The notes beneath the pieces were generated by a model. The model saw nothing but the letters and a program-made list of their open reading frames with translations. It did not search any database and was not told the DNA's origin. Of a stretch of DNA of 64,000 bases, positions 1 to 11,322 are shown in pieces. Numbering within the stretch: the first letter of the stretch is position 1; every line of letters starts with the position of its first letter. Where the stretch lies: NCBI GenBank assembly GCA_963733095.1, contig CAVTBV010000012.1, positions 192,001 through 256,000 of the forward strand. The letters run 5' to 3'. The position numbers and the translations under genes are program-made. The stretch is from Candidatus Bathyarchaeota archaeon. Lineage in GTDB: Archaea > Thermoproteota > Bathyarchaeia > Bathyarchaeales > Bathycorpusculaceae.

Positions 1-2124
1 GACTGCAGGAACTCCATCAGGGAAACGAGCTGATCTGTCGTTGTCTTTGGTGCCTTGGGATTCATCGAAGACTGTGCCGGTGATTAGGACGCTTTCTCCG
101 AATGTAACTACGTTCTGTTGGACATTGGCTTCTGTTGATGTGGGACCTTTGCCGAATGTGTAGATTTGACTGTCATAGTTGTTGTAGCTTACCATGTAGC
201 CGTCTGCAACTGCTCCTGGTTCGCGTCCGTCAAAGCTTAGGACACTCCAGACAAGTGATCCGTCACTGCAGTTTATGGCAAGTCTGTGGGCATTGGGGAA
301 CAGTGGTGGGTCGTACATGCGAGCTTCAGATAGGAACAGCTTTCCGTCAGCTATGCTGTGTGATCCAAAGTGCCAGATTGGATAGATACCGTAAGGAGTA
401 TCGTACCCGGCGCTTCTAGGTGTGTACGTCCAGTTGAGAACTGCTGTATTAAGTTCTATTGCATTTACGTAGCCTCCGAAATCCCAAATGTAGCATTTGC
501 CGCAGGCGATTGCTCCGCCTCTCTCAAGGGTGCTTAAACCACTGCCCGGAAGCTGAATTGCTGAACCTACTTGTTTTCCTGTATCTAAATTGTAGACATA
601 CGCAATGTTTGTGTCTTTGTCATGCTCTACGTAGTAGCCTTCACCAATAGCTAACACTGAGACCTCATGGAATCTTGGCAGTGTTCTATTCACTGGACCC
701 CAGAGTAAGTCTCCTGTTCTTGCGTCGTAGCCAGCTTCAACACAATATCCTTCACCGAATTGCGTAGTAAAGGTTGAAAGCGCTGCAGGATATGAACGCA
801 TTAGAATCACGTCGTTTGTTCTTCCAGCAATGCTTAGTCCTGGGCTAATTGTTTGGCCATTAAGTTCTGTGGGTATGGTTACGTTCCATTGTATGCCTCT
901 GTTGTAGTCTATGTTGCCTGATGGTCGAATAGTAGCTGTTCCTCTAGGACCAACTAAGCACAGGGTTGAGTTCCACATCGTAAGGTAGCTGCCGCTACTG
1001 CTGTGTATGTATACTGTTCCTTGTGGGCTGTCATCGTTCGTTTCGACTAATCCTGAAGCGGTTGTGCTTGGTACATTGGTGATGTTGGCGATGAAATAGC
1101 CGGTCATTGGGTCGTAAAGATGCCATATGTTAGTTGCGGGACCATATGAGAACATTCCGCTTGAGTTATAACTTGCAACTAGCCATGCTTGAGTGCCGTA
1201 TTCTTGTATCGTATGGAATTGCAGAACCATCCCAAAGTCTAATGTGTCACTAGTCTGTTTGGTCCATAATGTTTCGCCAGTCCGTAAATCTACAGCTGCC
1301 CAACCAGGGGTTTCAGTGCTGGTTTCAGTGGTAGGGGTATTGGGGTACAGTTTGTAATAGATTATTCCGTTGAGGATAATTGGCTCGAATTGTCTGTAGA
1401 GGATTGAGGTTGATGTGTATTGGCTCTCTTGATCGCCGCTAACTGGTAGACCTGGCTGACCTCCGAATGCTGTCGGTTTAACCCACATTATGTGGGCTGA
1501 GTTTGGTGCTTGGCTATAGGGGTTAAAGTTATTGCCAGTTGCATCGTAACCGCCAGTGTCGGTAAATGAGGGCTTATATAGACCCCACCAGTTGCCGCCA
1601 ATTTGTGCCCAGCCATAGTTTGTTGCGTAGATGGGGCGTGACCAGTACTCGGTTGGGAGGGGAGGACTAGAGTATGTTGATATTGGATCTTGTTGCACTG
1701 TAAAGTAGTCTGGCTCACTCATGGCCGGAAGTATGTAGTCACCTGTGGTAATGGTTTGACCAGGGTAGAATGCTTGTACGGTGTAATTTCCGGTTTCTGT
1801 GGGCACGAATTCGATTCCACCCACACCACCTGTTGTGTCTGCTGTGTATGGTCCGAAAGTTTGATTGGTTCCGTCTGGCTTAACGAGGTTTACTGTTAAG
1901 TCTTCGTAGAATTGACCTCTAGCGTTCGGTATAGGTTTAGTGAAGAATAGGCTAATGAATTCTGTTTGACCTACTCCCACTGGGCTAGGTTCTGCAGGTA
2001 CCTTAAGGTAGACAGGTATGTCAAGTGCTGCTTTAACGGGTGTAATTTCAAAAGTCGCTATCGTCATTGGAACTAATAGTAGCGTTAGGAGAATTACCGA
2101 AAATAAAGTCTATGTTTTTCGCAT
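1..2124 (-). CDS. PQQ-like beta-propeller surface protein, 3' end runs off the window; in-frame TAG at codon 5
   Basis: Hand translation of sampled stretches is in one frame: MRKT*TLFSVILLTLLLVPMTIA...PVYLKVPAEPSPVGVGQ...PLPTEYWSRP...RFPDGVPAV. Clear paralog of 4404-7019. Not in the ORF track. Confidence 0.8.
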
Positions 2125-2412
2125 TTTTTCTTCATCCTTTTAATGTTTGGGCAGAAACATAATGTGTATCAATTAACATCGTGCCTTGCCCAAGGGATGA
2201 ATGTGTTGTTTTATGACATATATGATTGAGTGGCAAGTAGACCCTGATTACTAAAAAAGTTAAGCTTTTTAATTAAAAATCTTAATCTTTTTAGTTAAAG
2301 AGGTTTCATAATATTAAACGAAAATAATCGGATCACTAATAGTTATGAATTAGCTATATGCCTGTAATAATTCATAAACAAAAAAGAAAAAGAGATTTTT
2401 AGCCACTTTCAA

Positions 2413-2760
2413 TTATGGCCGTTTTCTTAGCATGAGCGCCGCCGGTATTGCATTGATTATGATTATGATTACCATTGCAGTGATCTCGAAGTCTATGATG
2501 TTCGATTGTGTCAATGCTAAATCAACGGGAGCGGGGGTAGTACCGTCGTTACTGTCGGCATAACATTGAAACCATCTTAGCTTTGGATGGCCAATAACCA
2601 TTGGTACTAGCGAAAGTGGCTATAAAAACAAAATCACTTGGAATGGTCTGTGTCCATGTAGCCTATACGTGCCGCTTTCATCAGTCATGGCAGCAATATC
2701 GTAACAGTTGTCATTTGAGTCAGTTACAGCTATCGTAACTGGAACTCCCGTAAAGTTAGA
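2413..2760 (-). pseudogene. C-terminal remnant of a PQQ-like surface protein
   Basis: NFTGVPVTIAVTDSNDNCYDI-like segment plus a TM tail ending LMLRKRP, matching the C-terminus of 4404-7019. Frameshifted, no N-terminus. Confidence 0.7.
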
Positions 2761-2938
2761 GGTTTAACTCTCGTTACCGAGCAGTTCGAAAATAAACAAT
2801 TTAACTTAATTGACCTTCAAACTATTGTTATAGTCTATCGAAAAACTAACAAAACTTTTCAACAGTCCACTCCCTGCTTTCCAAGCAACTTCAGCGAAGC
2901 TTTATTTAATAATTATTGCTATCTTGTCCTGAAACAAA

Positions 2939-3415
2939 ATGGGCAATATCGCAAAAATTGATGACATAGATGATAGAATTCTGCATATCCTAATACAAGA
3001 CGCTCGAACAAGCTTGAAGCAAATCGCCAAACAATGCGGCATATCATCAGTATCTGTTTTAAACAGAATAAAACGATTAAAAAAACTTGGCGTAATCATG
3101 GGCGCAAGCCTATTTCCCTCGCTAAACGAGCTGGGATATCAAATTGTTGCCACAATCGGCATGGAGACCAACGCTGACCCAGACGAAATCCTGAAAATAC
3201 TCGATTCCTATACAACCCTAGTAGAGCCTGCTGCCAGCATAGGGGAATATGACTTATGTGCTTTAGTATACGCTGAAAACCTTTCTTGTCTAAATGAAAA
3301 GTTGGATGCAATAAAAAGACGCTATCAAATAAAAAAAGTTACAGTCAACGTATGGTCAGGTATTCCGCATATTAATTTTAAGAATATCGAATTGCAGCCT
3401 CTCAAAGAGGAGTAA
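2939..3415 (+). CDS. Lrp/AsnC family transcriptional regulator
   Basis: IDDIDDRILHILIQDARTSLKQIAKQCGISSVSVLNRIKRL HTH; GEYDL in the RAM domain. Confidence 0.9.
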   Translation: MGNIAKIDDIDDRILHILIQDARTSLKQIAKQCGISSVSVLNRIKRLKKLGVIMGASLFPSLNELGYQIVATIGMETNADPDEILKILDSYTTLVEPAASIGEYDLCALVYAENLSCLNEKLDAIKRRYQIKKVTVNVWSGIPHINFKNIELQPLKEE

Positions 3416-3417
3416 CC

Positions 3418-3900
3418 ATGGATAGACTCGATTATCTTATTCTCGGCGAATTGTTCAATGACGCAACGCTCTCATTCGTTGAAATTGCAAAAAGAATAGA
3501 TACATCAGCCTATACCGTGCGAAGAAGATACGAACAAATGAAGAAAGAGGGAAAAATTTTCAGAAGCATAGTCTCAATTAATTTGGCAAAGCTGGGATAC
3601 CAGGGCAAAGCTTTTCTATTTATTACAGTCGGTCCAAACGCTAACAAATCTGAGACGATTTCATACCTCAAAACTATAAAAAACGTCATTGTGGTGAGTG
3701 AATTAATTGGTCCCTATGAAATTTTGGCGATAGCACCAATTATTGATTTGAAAAGTATCCAGACCCTTATTAAAGAGGTAAGAAAAGCGCCCTGCATACA
3801 GCAAGTAAGAGCTGCCTTCATCAACGATACCTATTTTCCTATCAACCCAAACTTTAATGCCCTCTTGAGCAAAAAAAGCAAACTCGAACCAATTAAATAG
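3418..3900 (+). CDS. Lrp/AsnC family transcriptional regulator
   Basis: MDRLDYLILGELFNDATLSFVEIAKRI...TVRRR HTH; GPYEI. Confidence 0.9.
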   Translation: MDRLDYLILGELFNDATLSFVEIAKRIDTSAYTVRRRYEQMKKEGKIFRSIVSINLAKLGYQGKAFLFITVGPNANKSETISYLKTIKNVIVVSELIGPYEILAIAPIIDLKSIQTLIKEVRKAPCIQQVRAAFINDTYFPINPNFNALLSKKSKLEPIK

Positions 3901-4001
3901 AACTCCGCTAACTAGTGAATCGGCTTTAAGCTTTTTTGACAAAATCTATATGTTAAAAGCGTCACACAATAAACTCCGGGTTTAAGGGGCATTGGGGGGC
4001 T

Positions 4002-4250
4002 ATGAAGAGCAAAGCAATGGCATGATTATCACGTTTACAGCACTAACCACTGCTCTAAACCTTATCAAAATTCCTGTGCCATACATGCCCACATTTAGCT
4101 TAGAATAGGCGACATCATCGTAGTCGTTGCCTTTCTGCTTTTCGGACCCAAACCTGAGATTACAGTTGCCTTACCGAGCACCATGATAACAATGATCATT
4201 CTCCCTGGACCCGCAGGGATTATAGGTTGTTTGTTCAGTGTTTACTGAGG
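4002..4250 (+). pseudogene. Degraded ECF transporter S-component-like membrane protein
   Basis: Frameshifted pieces MKSKA / IITFTALTTALNLIKIPVPYMPTF / IGDIIVVVAFLLFGPK. Confidence 0.5.
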
Positions 4251-4403
4251 CTCTGGCTTAAAGGAGAAAAGAGCAAATGTAGGAGCTCTTTTGAATACAG
4301 CTATTTCGTGAATTGATGGCCAGAGCCTACTCAGCCACATATTCTCATGATAGTGTTTTTCTTTAGGACTAAAAAAAGAGAAGGGAAGTTGTTGTTTAGT
4401 TTT

Positions 4404-7019
4404 TTAGGGTCGTTTGCGAAGCAGCAGAGCTGCAAGTAGTGCGCCGATTACGACGACTGCGACTATTGTGATTATAGACATTGGCAGGAAGTAGGTGTCA
4501 GCCATAGATGCTGGTTCTTTCGTTGGTGTTGGGGTGGTGGCAGCTTCGGGTAAAAGGAAGGTCATGTGAGTTTGTGCTGAGGAGGTAAAGTACGAGTTTG
4601 ATCCTTCGAATGTTGCTGTGATTTTGTAGGTTCCTGGTATGTCAGGTTTGAAGTTGAATGTGTATTGCCCGTTTGCATCCGAGGTAGTTGTTCCCATTAC
4701 GTAGAAGTTGTTGTTGGGGTCGACGTATGATAGCGTGACTTGAACACCTGTTGCGTTTGTCGGCTTTGGTGATTGCATGTAGAGGTATTCCATCCATGGA
4801 CTCATGTATTGGTCGTCTATTGCGGGTGTTCCGGCAGCAGGTATGCCTAAGCAGGTTTGGCCTGGAGATTGATCGGTGACGGTGCCGCTAATCTGTACTT
4901 CGGTGTTACTGTTTATGACAGGGTTCGTTGTCACTGTTGTCGCGGTTTGACCTTTGCCATAGCAGTAAATTTGGTTGTCGTAGGCGTTGAATGATAGCAT
5001 GTAGCCGTAAGTTACTGGTAGGCTTGAGCCGCTGGCAAAGTTCAATATGTCCCAGATTGGTTCGCCTGTTGTTGCGTTTAGAGCGTAGATTTTTGCTCCA
5101 CTGAATAGTGGTGGTCCGTAGTCGTGGCCTGTTTCAACGTAGAATACTCCGTCTGCAACAGTTGCCTCGTAGTTACCGATGATCCATAGGGGGTTGACAC
5201 CATATGGAGTGTTCAATCCAGTGTCTCCTGTACTCCAGTTCCAGATTTTTTCGCCAGTTGTCATGTCAAGGCAGACAACTTCTCCACCGAATGACCATGA
5301 GTAGAGTTTGCCGTATGCGGCTATTGCGCTTGTTTGGTCATAGTAGGCTAGTGGGTTGCTGAAAGCTGTAACTGGACCCCATACTTTTTGTCCGGTTGTT
5401 GTGCTATATCCACTGAAACTAAATAGCTCTTTAGTGTATTCAACGAAGGTACCGTTGGAGGCTCCAGGAATCACCATTGAAGCAGCGAATGGTATTTGTG
5501 TGGTGTTCATTAGCCAGAGTTGCTGTCCCTTGTTGCAGTCTATTGCGACTTTCATGATCCATCCGGGATTCCATCCATAATTAGCATACATGCCTGTACT
5601 TGCACCCAAGATCATGATGTTGCTGTCTGGGTCCCACGTCGAGTGGCCTGCGTCATCAAATATCCAGCTTGGGATTGGGTCACCAGTTGAGGTTTGGTTT
5701 GGTAGTAAAACTGACCACATAATGCCTGTGTTGTATTGGTAGTTTCCGTTTTGTTGGAAGTTGAAGAATTGGCTGTCGGTTGGGTTTACGCAGTGGCTAG
5801 AGTTCCATAGAGTCAAGGATTGTCTGGTTACACCGTCAATTCTTGAGGAGTTTAAGTAGAGTTGCAGTAAGCTACCGTCTTCGCCTTGGAAGTTTTGTCT
5901 TCCGAATGATCCTCCACCTCCTCCGCCAGTAACAGTAAATAGATAGTTACCAGTCGCTGAATCGAAACAGTCAAGGTAGTTTGGAGATCTTGTTGCCCAC
6001 AGGTAAGCTTGACCGCCGTAGGTGTTCATTGTCTTATATTCGTATATTTGTCCACATAGCAGTATGTCTTGTGAGCCATTCGAGAAGTAGTTGTTATAGT
6101 TCTGGGTCCAGATGGTTTCGCCTGTTCTCAAGTCCTTAGCGACAAAGCCCTGATCTAATGAGTTGTAGTTTGGCTTTGCATTGTAGTAGAGTATGCCATT
6201 CATAATGATTGGAGCAAATTTAGGTTGGTATTGGAAGCCTGAGTAGTAGTTGCTTTGTGCGTCGCCTCCGAATTCTCCGCCCATTTGACCTCCGGGAGAG
6301 CCAGGGACAAGCGGTTGTGACCAAACTACGTGGCCGGTTAATGGTGCTTCGGTGTAGGGGTTAAAGTTGCCTGCGAAGTTGTAGTTTCCTGTATTTGCAA
6401 ATTCAACTGCTCCAAGTCCAAGCCAGTTACCTGAGATTGATGACCATTGGTGGTTAAAAGCTTGTACTGGGTTTTGCCAGTAGTCTGTTGGAAGTGGATT
6501 CTCGGGAATCATTGCAATTGGTTCGTTGGCTACTTTAAAGTATTCTGTGCTGCTGGTAGAGGCACCATAAACATCGCCAACTGCTGAGTTAACAAATGGG
6601 AAGCCATCGTTCCCAAGAGAACCCGTAAGTGTTTCACCTGGGAAATTCATGACTGCAGAGTAGTCGCCTAGTTTGGTTGGTGTGTAGGTAGCGGTGTAAC
6701 CTCCTGCGTCGTCAGATTTGAAAGGCCCTAGAGTTGTCACAACTCCGTCCGGATCAGTGATCTTGATTGTCATGCCAACCCATCTATCACCTAAGATGCC
6801 GTTTGCTGTTGGTGGAGGTTTGTCAACCCACATAACAAACAATACGTTTTGGCCAAGACCAATTTGGTCAGGGACAACCTGAAGATAGGCCCAAGTCGGA
6901 ATTGTGGTCCCGGGAAAGTTAGCAGCGTTTGCCTTTGGAAGTGCAATAACGGTCGCGATTGATAGTGTCAGCAGTATTGTTATTACAATAGCTGAAATTT
7001 TGTTTCTATTTTTTTGCAA
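4404..7019 (-). CDS. PQQ-like beta-propeller cell-surface protein with signal peptide and C-terminal TM anchor
   Basis: Repeated DxxTGxxxW motifs; TM tail ending RKRP; probable TTG start at 7019 after GGAG (ORF track start 7073). Confidence 0.85.
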   Translation of the reverse strand: MQKNRNKISAIVITILLTLSIATVIALPKANAANFPGTTIPTWAYLQVVPDQIGLGQNVLFVMWVDKPPPTANGILGDRWVGMTIKITDPDGVVTTLGPFKSDDAGGYTATYTPTKLGDYSAVMNFPGETLTGSLGNDGFPFVNSAVGDVYGASTSSTEYFKVANEPIAMIPENPLPTDYWQNPVQAFNHQWSSISGNWLGLGAVEFANTGNYNFAGNFNPYTEAPLTGHVVWSQPLVPGSPGGQMGGEFGGDAQSNYYSGFQYQPKFAPIIMNGILYYNAKPNYNSLDQGFVAKDLRTGETIWTQNYNNYFSNGSQDILLCGQIYEYKTMNTYGGQAYLWATRSPNYLDCFDSATGNYLFTVTGGGGGGSFGRQNFQGEDGSLLQLYLNSSRIDGVTRQSLTLWNSSHCVNPTDSQFFNFQQNGNYQYNTGIMWSVLLPNQTSTGDPIPSWIFDDAGHSTWDPDSNIMILGASTGMYANYGWNPGWIMKVAIDCNKGQQLWLMNTTQIPFAASMVIPGASNGTFVEYTKELFSFSGYSTTTGQKVWGPVTAFSNPLAYYDQTSAIAAYGKLYSWSFGGEVVCLDMTTGEKIWNWSTGDTGLNTPYGVNPLWIIGNYEATVADGVFYVETGHDYGPPLFSGAKIYALNATTGEPIWDILNFASGSSLPVTYGYMLSFNAYDNQIYCYGKGQTATTVTTNPVINSNTEVQISGTVTDQSPGQTCLGIPAAGTPAIDDQYMSPWMEYLYMQSPKPTNATGVQVTLSYVDPNNNFYVMGTTTSDANGQYTFNFKPDIPGTYKITATFEGSNSYFTSSAQTHMTFLLPEAATTPTPTKEPASMADTYFLPMSIITIVAVVVIGALLAALLLRKRP

Positions 7020-7490
7020 TTTTTTTCTTACTCCTTTTTTGGCAAAAAATAGCTTTGTTGCTTGATTTGCCAATAGTGTCTGTTTTCAACTAAATAACTA
7101 TAAATAACTTGCCGATAATGAAGGAATCAACTTTTTTTGTTAACATTTTATAATTTTTTAATTAATATAAGAGCATAAAAAAACACATCATGAAGTTAAT
7201 TACATTGATCCAAAATTTAAAAAGTGGAATTTTCCGAGTTTGCTGCCTTGAGCAGCAAAAGAAATCATAAAGTCACCCCTCACGCCGACATTTTACAGCA
7301 TTAATCAAAAATTTTTTGAACCCCAGCAACAGGCGATTTTGGTTAAATGGCTCTGATAGAATTTTAATGTATCAGCAGTCAGAATTACAAATTCATAAGC
7401 CTTTACTTGCTTTCACCCACCTTTAGCTTATCTAATCAAAAGGCACAGTCACGTCTAGTTAGGACACAGACTTAGGACGAAGTAAAAAAA

Positions 7491-7898
7491 ATGGGCAAAA
7501 GCAAATGCGAAAACAAATTCACCGCAAACATAATAGAGTCCATTGACGAGGCCTTTTTGACTTTAGGAAAAAACGCACGATCAACACTCTATTTCCATCT
7601 TGAGACTAAATTTGCAATTTCAAAACAAGATATTCCCAAAAGAGTTGATGATTTTTCAGATGCTCTCGAGCAAATCTTCGGGCTTGCCGCTACAAACCTT
7701 GAAATCTTGATCATGAAATTTCTGAACCAAAAAGTCAATTGTTCTTTTGATTGGGTTGGTCCAAAGTGGCTTTTACCAGATTTAACTTTTGCAAAATATG
7801 TCAAGTTACTGGAGTGTTGGTTTGAATCTTCCGAAAGAATTGATGAAGTAGAGGTGAGCGTAGATGCTGGAGAACGACAAGAACAAAAAAATCAATGA
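7491..7898 (+). CDS. Hypothetical protein (DUF3227-like, two-component associated)
   Basis: IDEAFLTLG...LYFHLE...FSDALEQIFG pattern; directly upstream of the histidine kinase. Confidence 0.6.
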   Translation: MGKSKCENKFTANIIESIDEAFLTLGKNARSTLYFHLETKFAISKQDIPKRVDDFSDALEQIFGLAATNLEILIMKFLNQKVNCSFDWVGPKWLLPDLTFAKYVKLLECWFESSERIDEVEVSVDAGERQEQKNQ

Positions 7899-10800
7899 CA
7901 CGTTGACCGTTTTGATCGATCTTATTCCTGGTCCAGCCATAGTGGTGGATTACTCTGGAAAAATTAAAGGCGCAAATGAGATGGCTGGACGGTTTGTAGG
8001 TTACAAAAAAGAAGATTTAATTGAAAAAAGCTTTTCAAACCTGAGTTTTATCAGCGAAGAAGACAAAAAGTTGATAGCGAGAAACATCAAGCAACGGTTG
8101 ACAGGCTCTAACATCCCACCGTACGAAATAAAAATAACAGCTATAAACGGAGAGGTCAAGAACCTCAAAGTTAGCGGGAACCGATTCATAAATGAAGGGG
8201 AAACATTTGACCTCGCCATCTTGCAGGATATTACGGAAGAAAACAAGGTGCAACCTGAGGCCAGACAGGAGCTGTTTGAAAGTGTTGAAAAACATCTAGG
8301 CATAATTGACGCAATAAAAGAAGCTATAATCATAGTGGACGAGGAAGCTAAGATTACTTATTGGAATCCGGCGGCTGAAAAAACCTTCGGCTACACAAAC
8401 CAAGAGGCAATCGGTAGAGATGTGCATGAACTGGTTGTTCCAAGTTCAATGTGTCGAGAAGGAAAAGAACGCATCGCTCTGAGCGTCAAAACTTTCACTC
8501 AGACAGGAATGGGCTACTTTACGGTGGGAACCGTTGAATTAGTGGGACGCCGAAAGAACCTAAGCGAATTCCCAGTTGAATTATCGATTTCTACAACCAA
8601 GCTAAATGGCAAATGGGTTGCTGTTGGAGTAGTCAAAGACATAACCAAAAGAAAACAGGCAGAACAAAAACTAAAAGATGCTGAACAACGCTACCAAGCA
8701 ATCTTTAATCGTGCCCCGTTAGGCTTGTTAGTCATTGACCCCGAAACGGCTGCATTCGTTGAATTCAACGATATTGCCCATCAACAATTGGGGTATTCAA
8801 GGGAAGAATTTGAAAAAATAACAATCTGCGACATCGAGACTAATGAAACACCGGAAAAAGTAAAAGCTCATATAAAAAAAATGTTGAACCAAGGAGAAGG
8901 AGAATTTGAAACTGAACACCAGACTAAAAATGGTGAAAAAAGAACTGTCTTGGTAACGACTAGAACCTTTAAGCTCGCGGACAAAAAGTACCTGTATTCA
9001 ATTTTCCACGACATCACAGAAACTAAAAAAGTGCGAACTACCTTAATGAAAAGTGAAGCAAGGTATCGTCAACTAATTGAACTTGCCCAAGAAGGCATTT
9101 GGGCAATAGACACCGATTTCACTACAGTCTTTGTTAATCCCCACATGGCACAGATGTTAGGTTACACTGAAAGTGAAATGGTTGGAAAAAAACTCTTCGC
9201 CTTCCTAGACGAAGAAATTGTTGAAACCGTAAAGAACACCATAGAACAATTCAACCATCACAAGATAGAAGGATCGATTGAATATGCGTTTCCACGCAAA
9301 GACGGAGGCCGCATCGATACAAGCATAACAATGTCCACAATAACCGACGATTTAGGGCGAATAAGTGGAACACTTGCGGTGATGGTAGATTTAACCGAAC
9401 GGAAAAAAGCCGAAAAAGCGCTTAAAGAAAGCGAAGAATTATCGAGAGCAATAGTTGCAAACGCGCCAATAGGAATTGCAACCTCGGATGCAAGCTACCA
9501 TTTTATGAGTGCGAATGAAGCATTCTGTAAAATACTCGGATACTCAGAGCAGGAACTGAGGAAACTAACATTTAGAGAAATCACCTATCCCGAAGACCTC
9601 AAAGATAGTGTCGCCCAAATGAAGGCACTTGAAACAGGAAATCTATCTTCTTTAGTGCATGAAAAACGTTATTTCAAGAAAGACGGATCAGTTATGGTTG
9701 GCAGAATCATTGTTAACACAATAAAAGATCAAACTGGACAACCTATTATCTTCATTGCAGAACTTGAAGATGTAACAAAGAGCAAAAAACTCGAAGACGA
9801 TCTACGGTCAAGCGAAGAACGATTCCGAGCCATCAGCACCTCTGCCATGGACTCCATCATCTTAAGCGATGAAGAAGACAGAGTAATTTACTGGAATCCT
9901 GCCGCAGAGAAAATGTTCGGATTTGCTGAGAGCGAAGCGGTGGGTCAAAAGCTAAGAGACATAGTTATCCCGCCCAATGGGCAAAAGAATCATGAAGAGT
10001 TACTAAAAGAACTACGTAACCGCTCCCTGTCAAAGACTCATAGCGGTTTTTTGGCACTTAGAAAAGATGGAAGCCTATTCCCAATTGATCTCTCTGTAGT
10101 GTCAGTTAAATTGAAAGATAAGACCTGTCTGCTGTCAATAATTAGGGATGTTACTGAGTGGAAAGCCATGGAAGAAGCGCTAAGGCAAGAGCGGGATATG
10201 CTTGAAAACATGGCTGCAAACATAGATGCCGGCTTGACAATTATCAGCCGAGACTATCGCATCTTGTGGGCTAACAAATTGTTGAAACAAATAAACGGTA
10301 CCGATGATTTAGAGAATAAATTGTGTTATTCCATTTTTAATAAGTCAAACCAGATCTGCCAAGATTGTGGTGTGAAAAAAATCTTTGAAGATGGAGCATT
10401 AGTTGACAGGCATGATTTCAACTTCAAATTTGACGGTCGAGACGATTGGATTGAACTTATTGTAACTCCAGTAAAGGACAAAGATGGCAAAGTAATTGCT
10501 GCTTTGGAGCTTGCAGTTAATATTACTGAGAGAAAACGGCTACAGACAAAGCTTGGAGAGTACTCGCTAAAACTAGAGGAATTGGTGCAAAAAAGAACTG
10601 AGCAACTAAAGAAAACTCAGGCTGAACTTGTAAAGTCAGAGAGGTTGGCAGCTATCGGCGAATTGGCAGGCATGGTTGGGCATGACCTACGTAACCCCTT
10701 GACTGGAATCAAGAATTCTGCTTACTTTATAAAGAAGAAGGGATCCGAAATCTCCCAAAGCCAAGCTCACGATATGCTTGAAACAATCGATAAATGTGTA

Positions 10801-11322
10801 GATTACTCCAACAAGATTGTCAACGATCTTTTGGATTATTCAAGAGAGATCAATTTGGACTCAAAAGATGAATCCCTCAAACAATTAGTCACTGAATCCC
10901 TCAGTCTCCTCGAGGTCCCTGAAAACATCGAACCCCAAAACCAGCTAAACGATGAGCCTACAGTAAAAGTTGATGCAAACAAGATCAAAAGGGTATTCGT
11001 AAACCTGATCAAAAATGCTATTGACGCAATGCCAAACGGGGGTAAAATTACAATTTGTAGCAAGCAGGTCAATGATTACGTGGAGGTTTATTTCTCAGAC
11101 ACGGGCGCAGGCATTGCGGAGGATATTTTGCCGAAGCTTTTTTCGCCGTTGTTTACGACAAAAGCGCAGGGGATGGGCTTTGGCTTAGCTATCTGCAAAC
11201 GCATAACTGAGGCACATGGCGGGACAGTATCTGTTAAAACGGTTCATGGTCAAGGAACCACGTTTACGTTAACTTTTCCGATTGAACCTAAATTTGAAGT
11301 TGGAGGTGAAACATATGGATAA
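7864..11322 (+). CDS. Multi-PAS sensor histidine kinase
   Basis: About 7 PAS/PAC repeats (WNPAAEKxFG, DIT); H-box GHDLRNPL; N-box NLIKNAIDA; DTGAG; GMGFGL. Confidence 0.95.
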   Translation: MLENDKNKKINDTLTVLIDLIPGPAIVVDYSGKIKGANEMAGRFVGYKKEDLIEKSFSNLSFISEEDKKLIARNIKQRLTGSNIPPYEIKITAINGEVKNLKVSGNRFINEGETFDLAILQDITEENKVQPEARQELFESVEKHLGIIDAIKEAIIIVDEEAKITYWNPAAEKTFGYTNQEAIGRDVHELVVPSSMCREGKERIALSVKTFTQTGMGYFTVGTVELVGRRKNLSEFPVELSISTTKLNGKWVAVGVVKDITKRKQAEQKLKDAEQRYQAIFNRAPLGLLVIDPETAAFVEFNDIAHQQLGYSREEFEKITICDIETNETPEKVKAHIKKMLNQGEGEFETEHQTKNGEKRTVLVTTRTFKLADKKYLYSIFHDITETKKVRTTLMKSEARYRQLIELAQEGIWAIDTDFTTVFVNPHMAQMLGYTESEMVGKKLFAFLDEEIVETVKNTIEQFNHHKIEGSIEYAFPRKDGGRIDTSITMSTITDDLGRISGTLAVMVDLTERKKAEKALKESEELSRAIVANAPIGIATSDASYHFMSANEAFCKILGYSEQELRKLTFREITYPEDLKDSVAQMKALETGNLSSLVHEKRYFKKDGSVMVGRIIVNTIKDQTGQPIIFIAELEDVTKSKKLEDDLRSSEERFRAISTSAMDSIILSDEEDRVIYWNPAAEKMFGFAESEAVGQKLRDIVIPPNGQKNHEELLKELRNRSLSKTHSGFLALRKDGSLFPIDLSVVSVKLKDKTCLLSIIRDVTEWKAMEEALRQERDMLENMAANIDAGLTIISRDYRILWANKLLKQINGTDDLENKLCYSIFNKSNQICQDCGVKKIFEDGALVDRHDFNFKFDGRDDWIELIVTPVKDKDGKVIAALELAVNITERKRLQTKLGEYSLKLEELVQKRTEQLKKTQAELVKSERLAAIGELAGMVGHDLRNPLTGIKNSAYFIKKKGSEISQSQAHDMLETIDKCVDYSNKIVNDLLDYSREINLDSKDESLKQLVTESLSLLEVPENIEPQNQLNDEPTVKVDANKIKRVFVNLIKNAIDAMPNGGKITICSKQVNDYVEVYFSDTGAGIAEDILPKLFSPLFTTKAQGMGFGLAICKRITEAHGGTVSVKTVHGQGTTFTLTFPIEPKFEVGGETYG

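Noticed and set aside
135-1899. Short ORFs listed in the first 2 kb
   Set aside because: They overlap the long minus-strand surface-protein frame that runs off the window.
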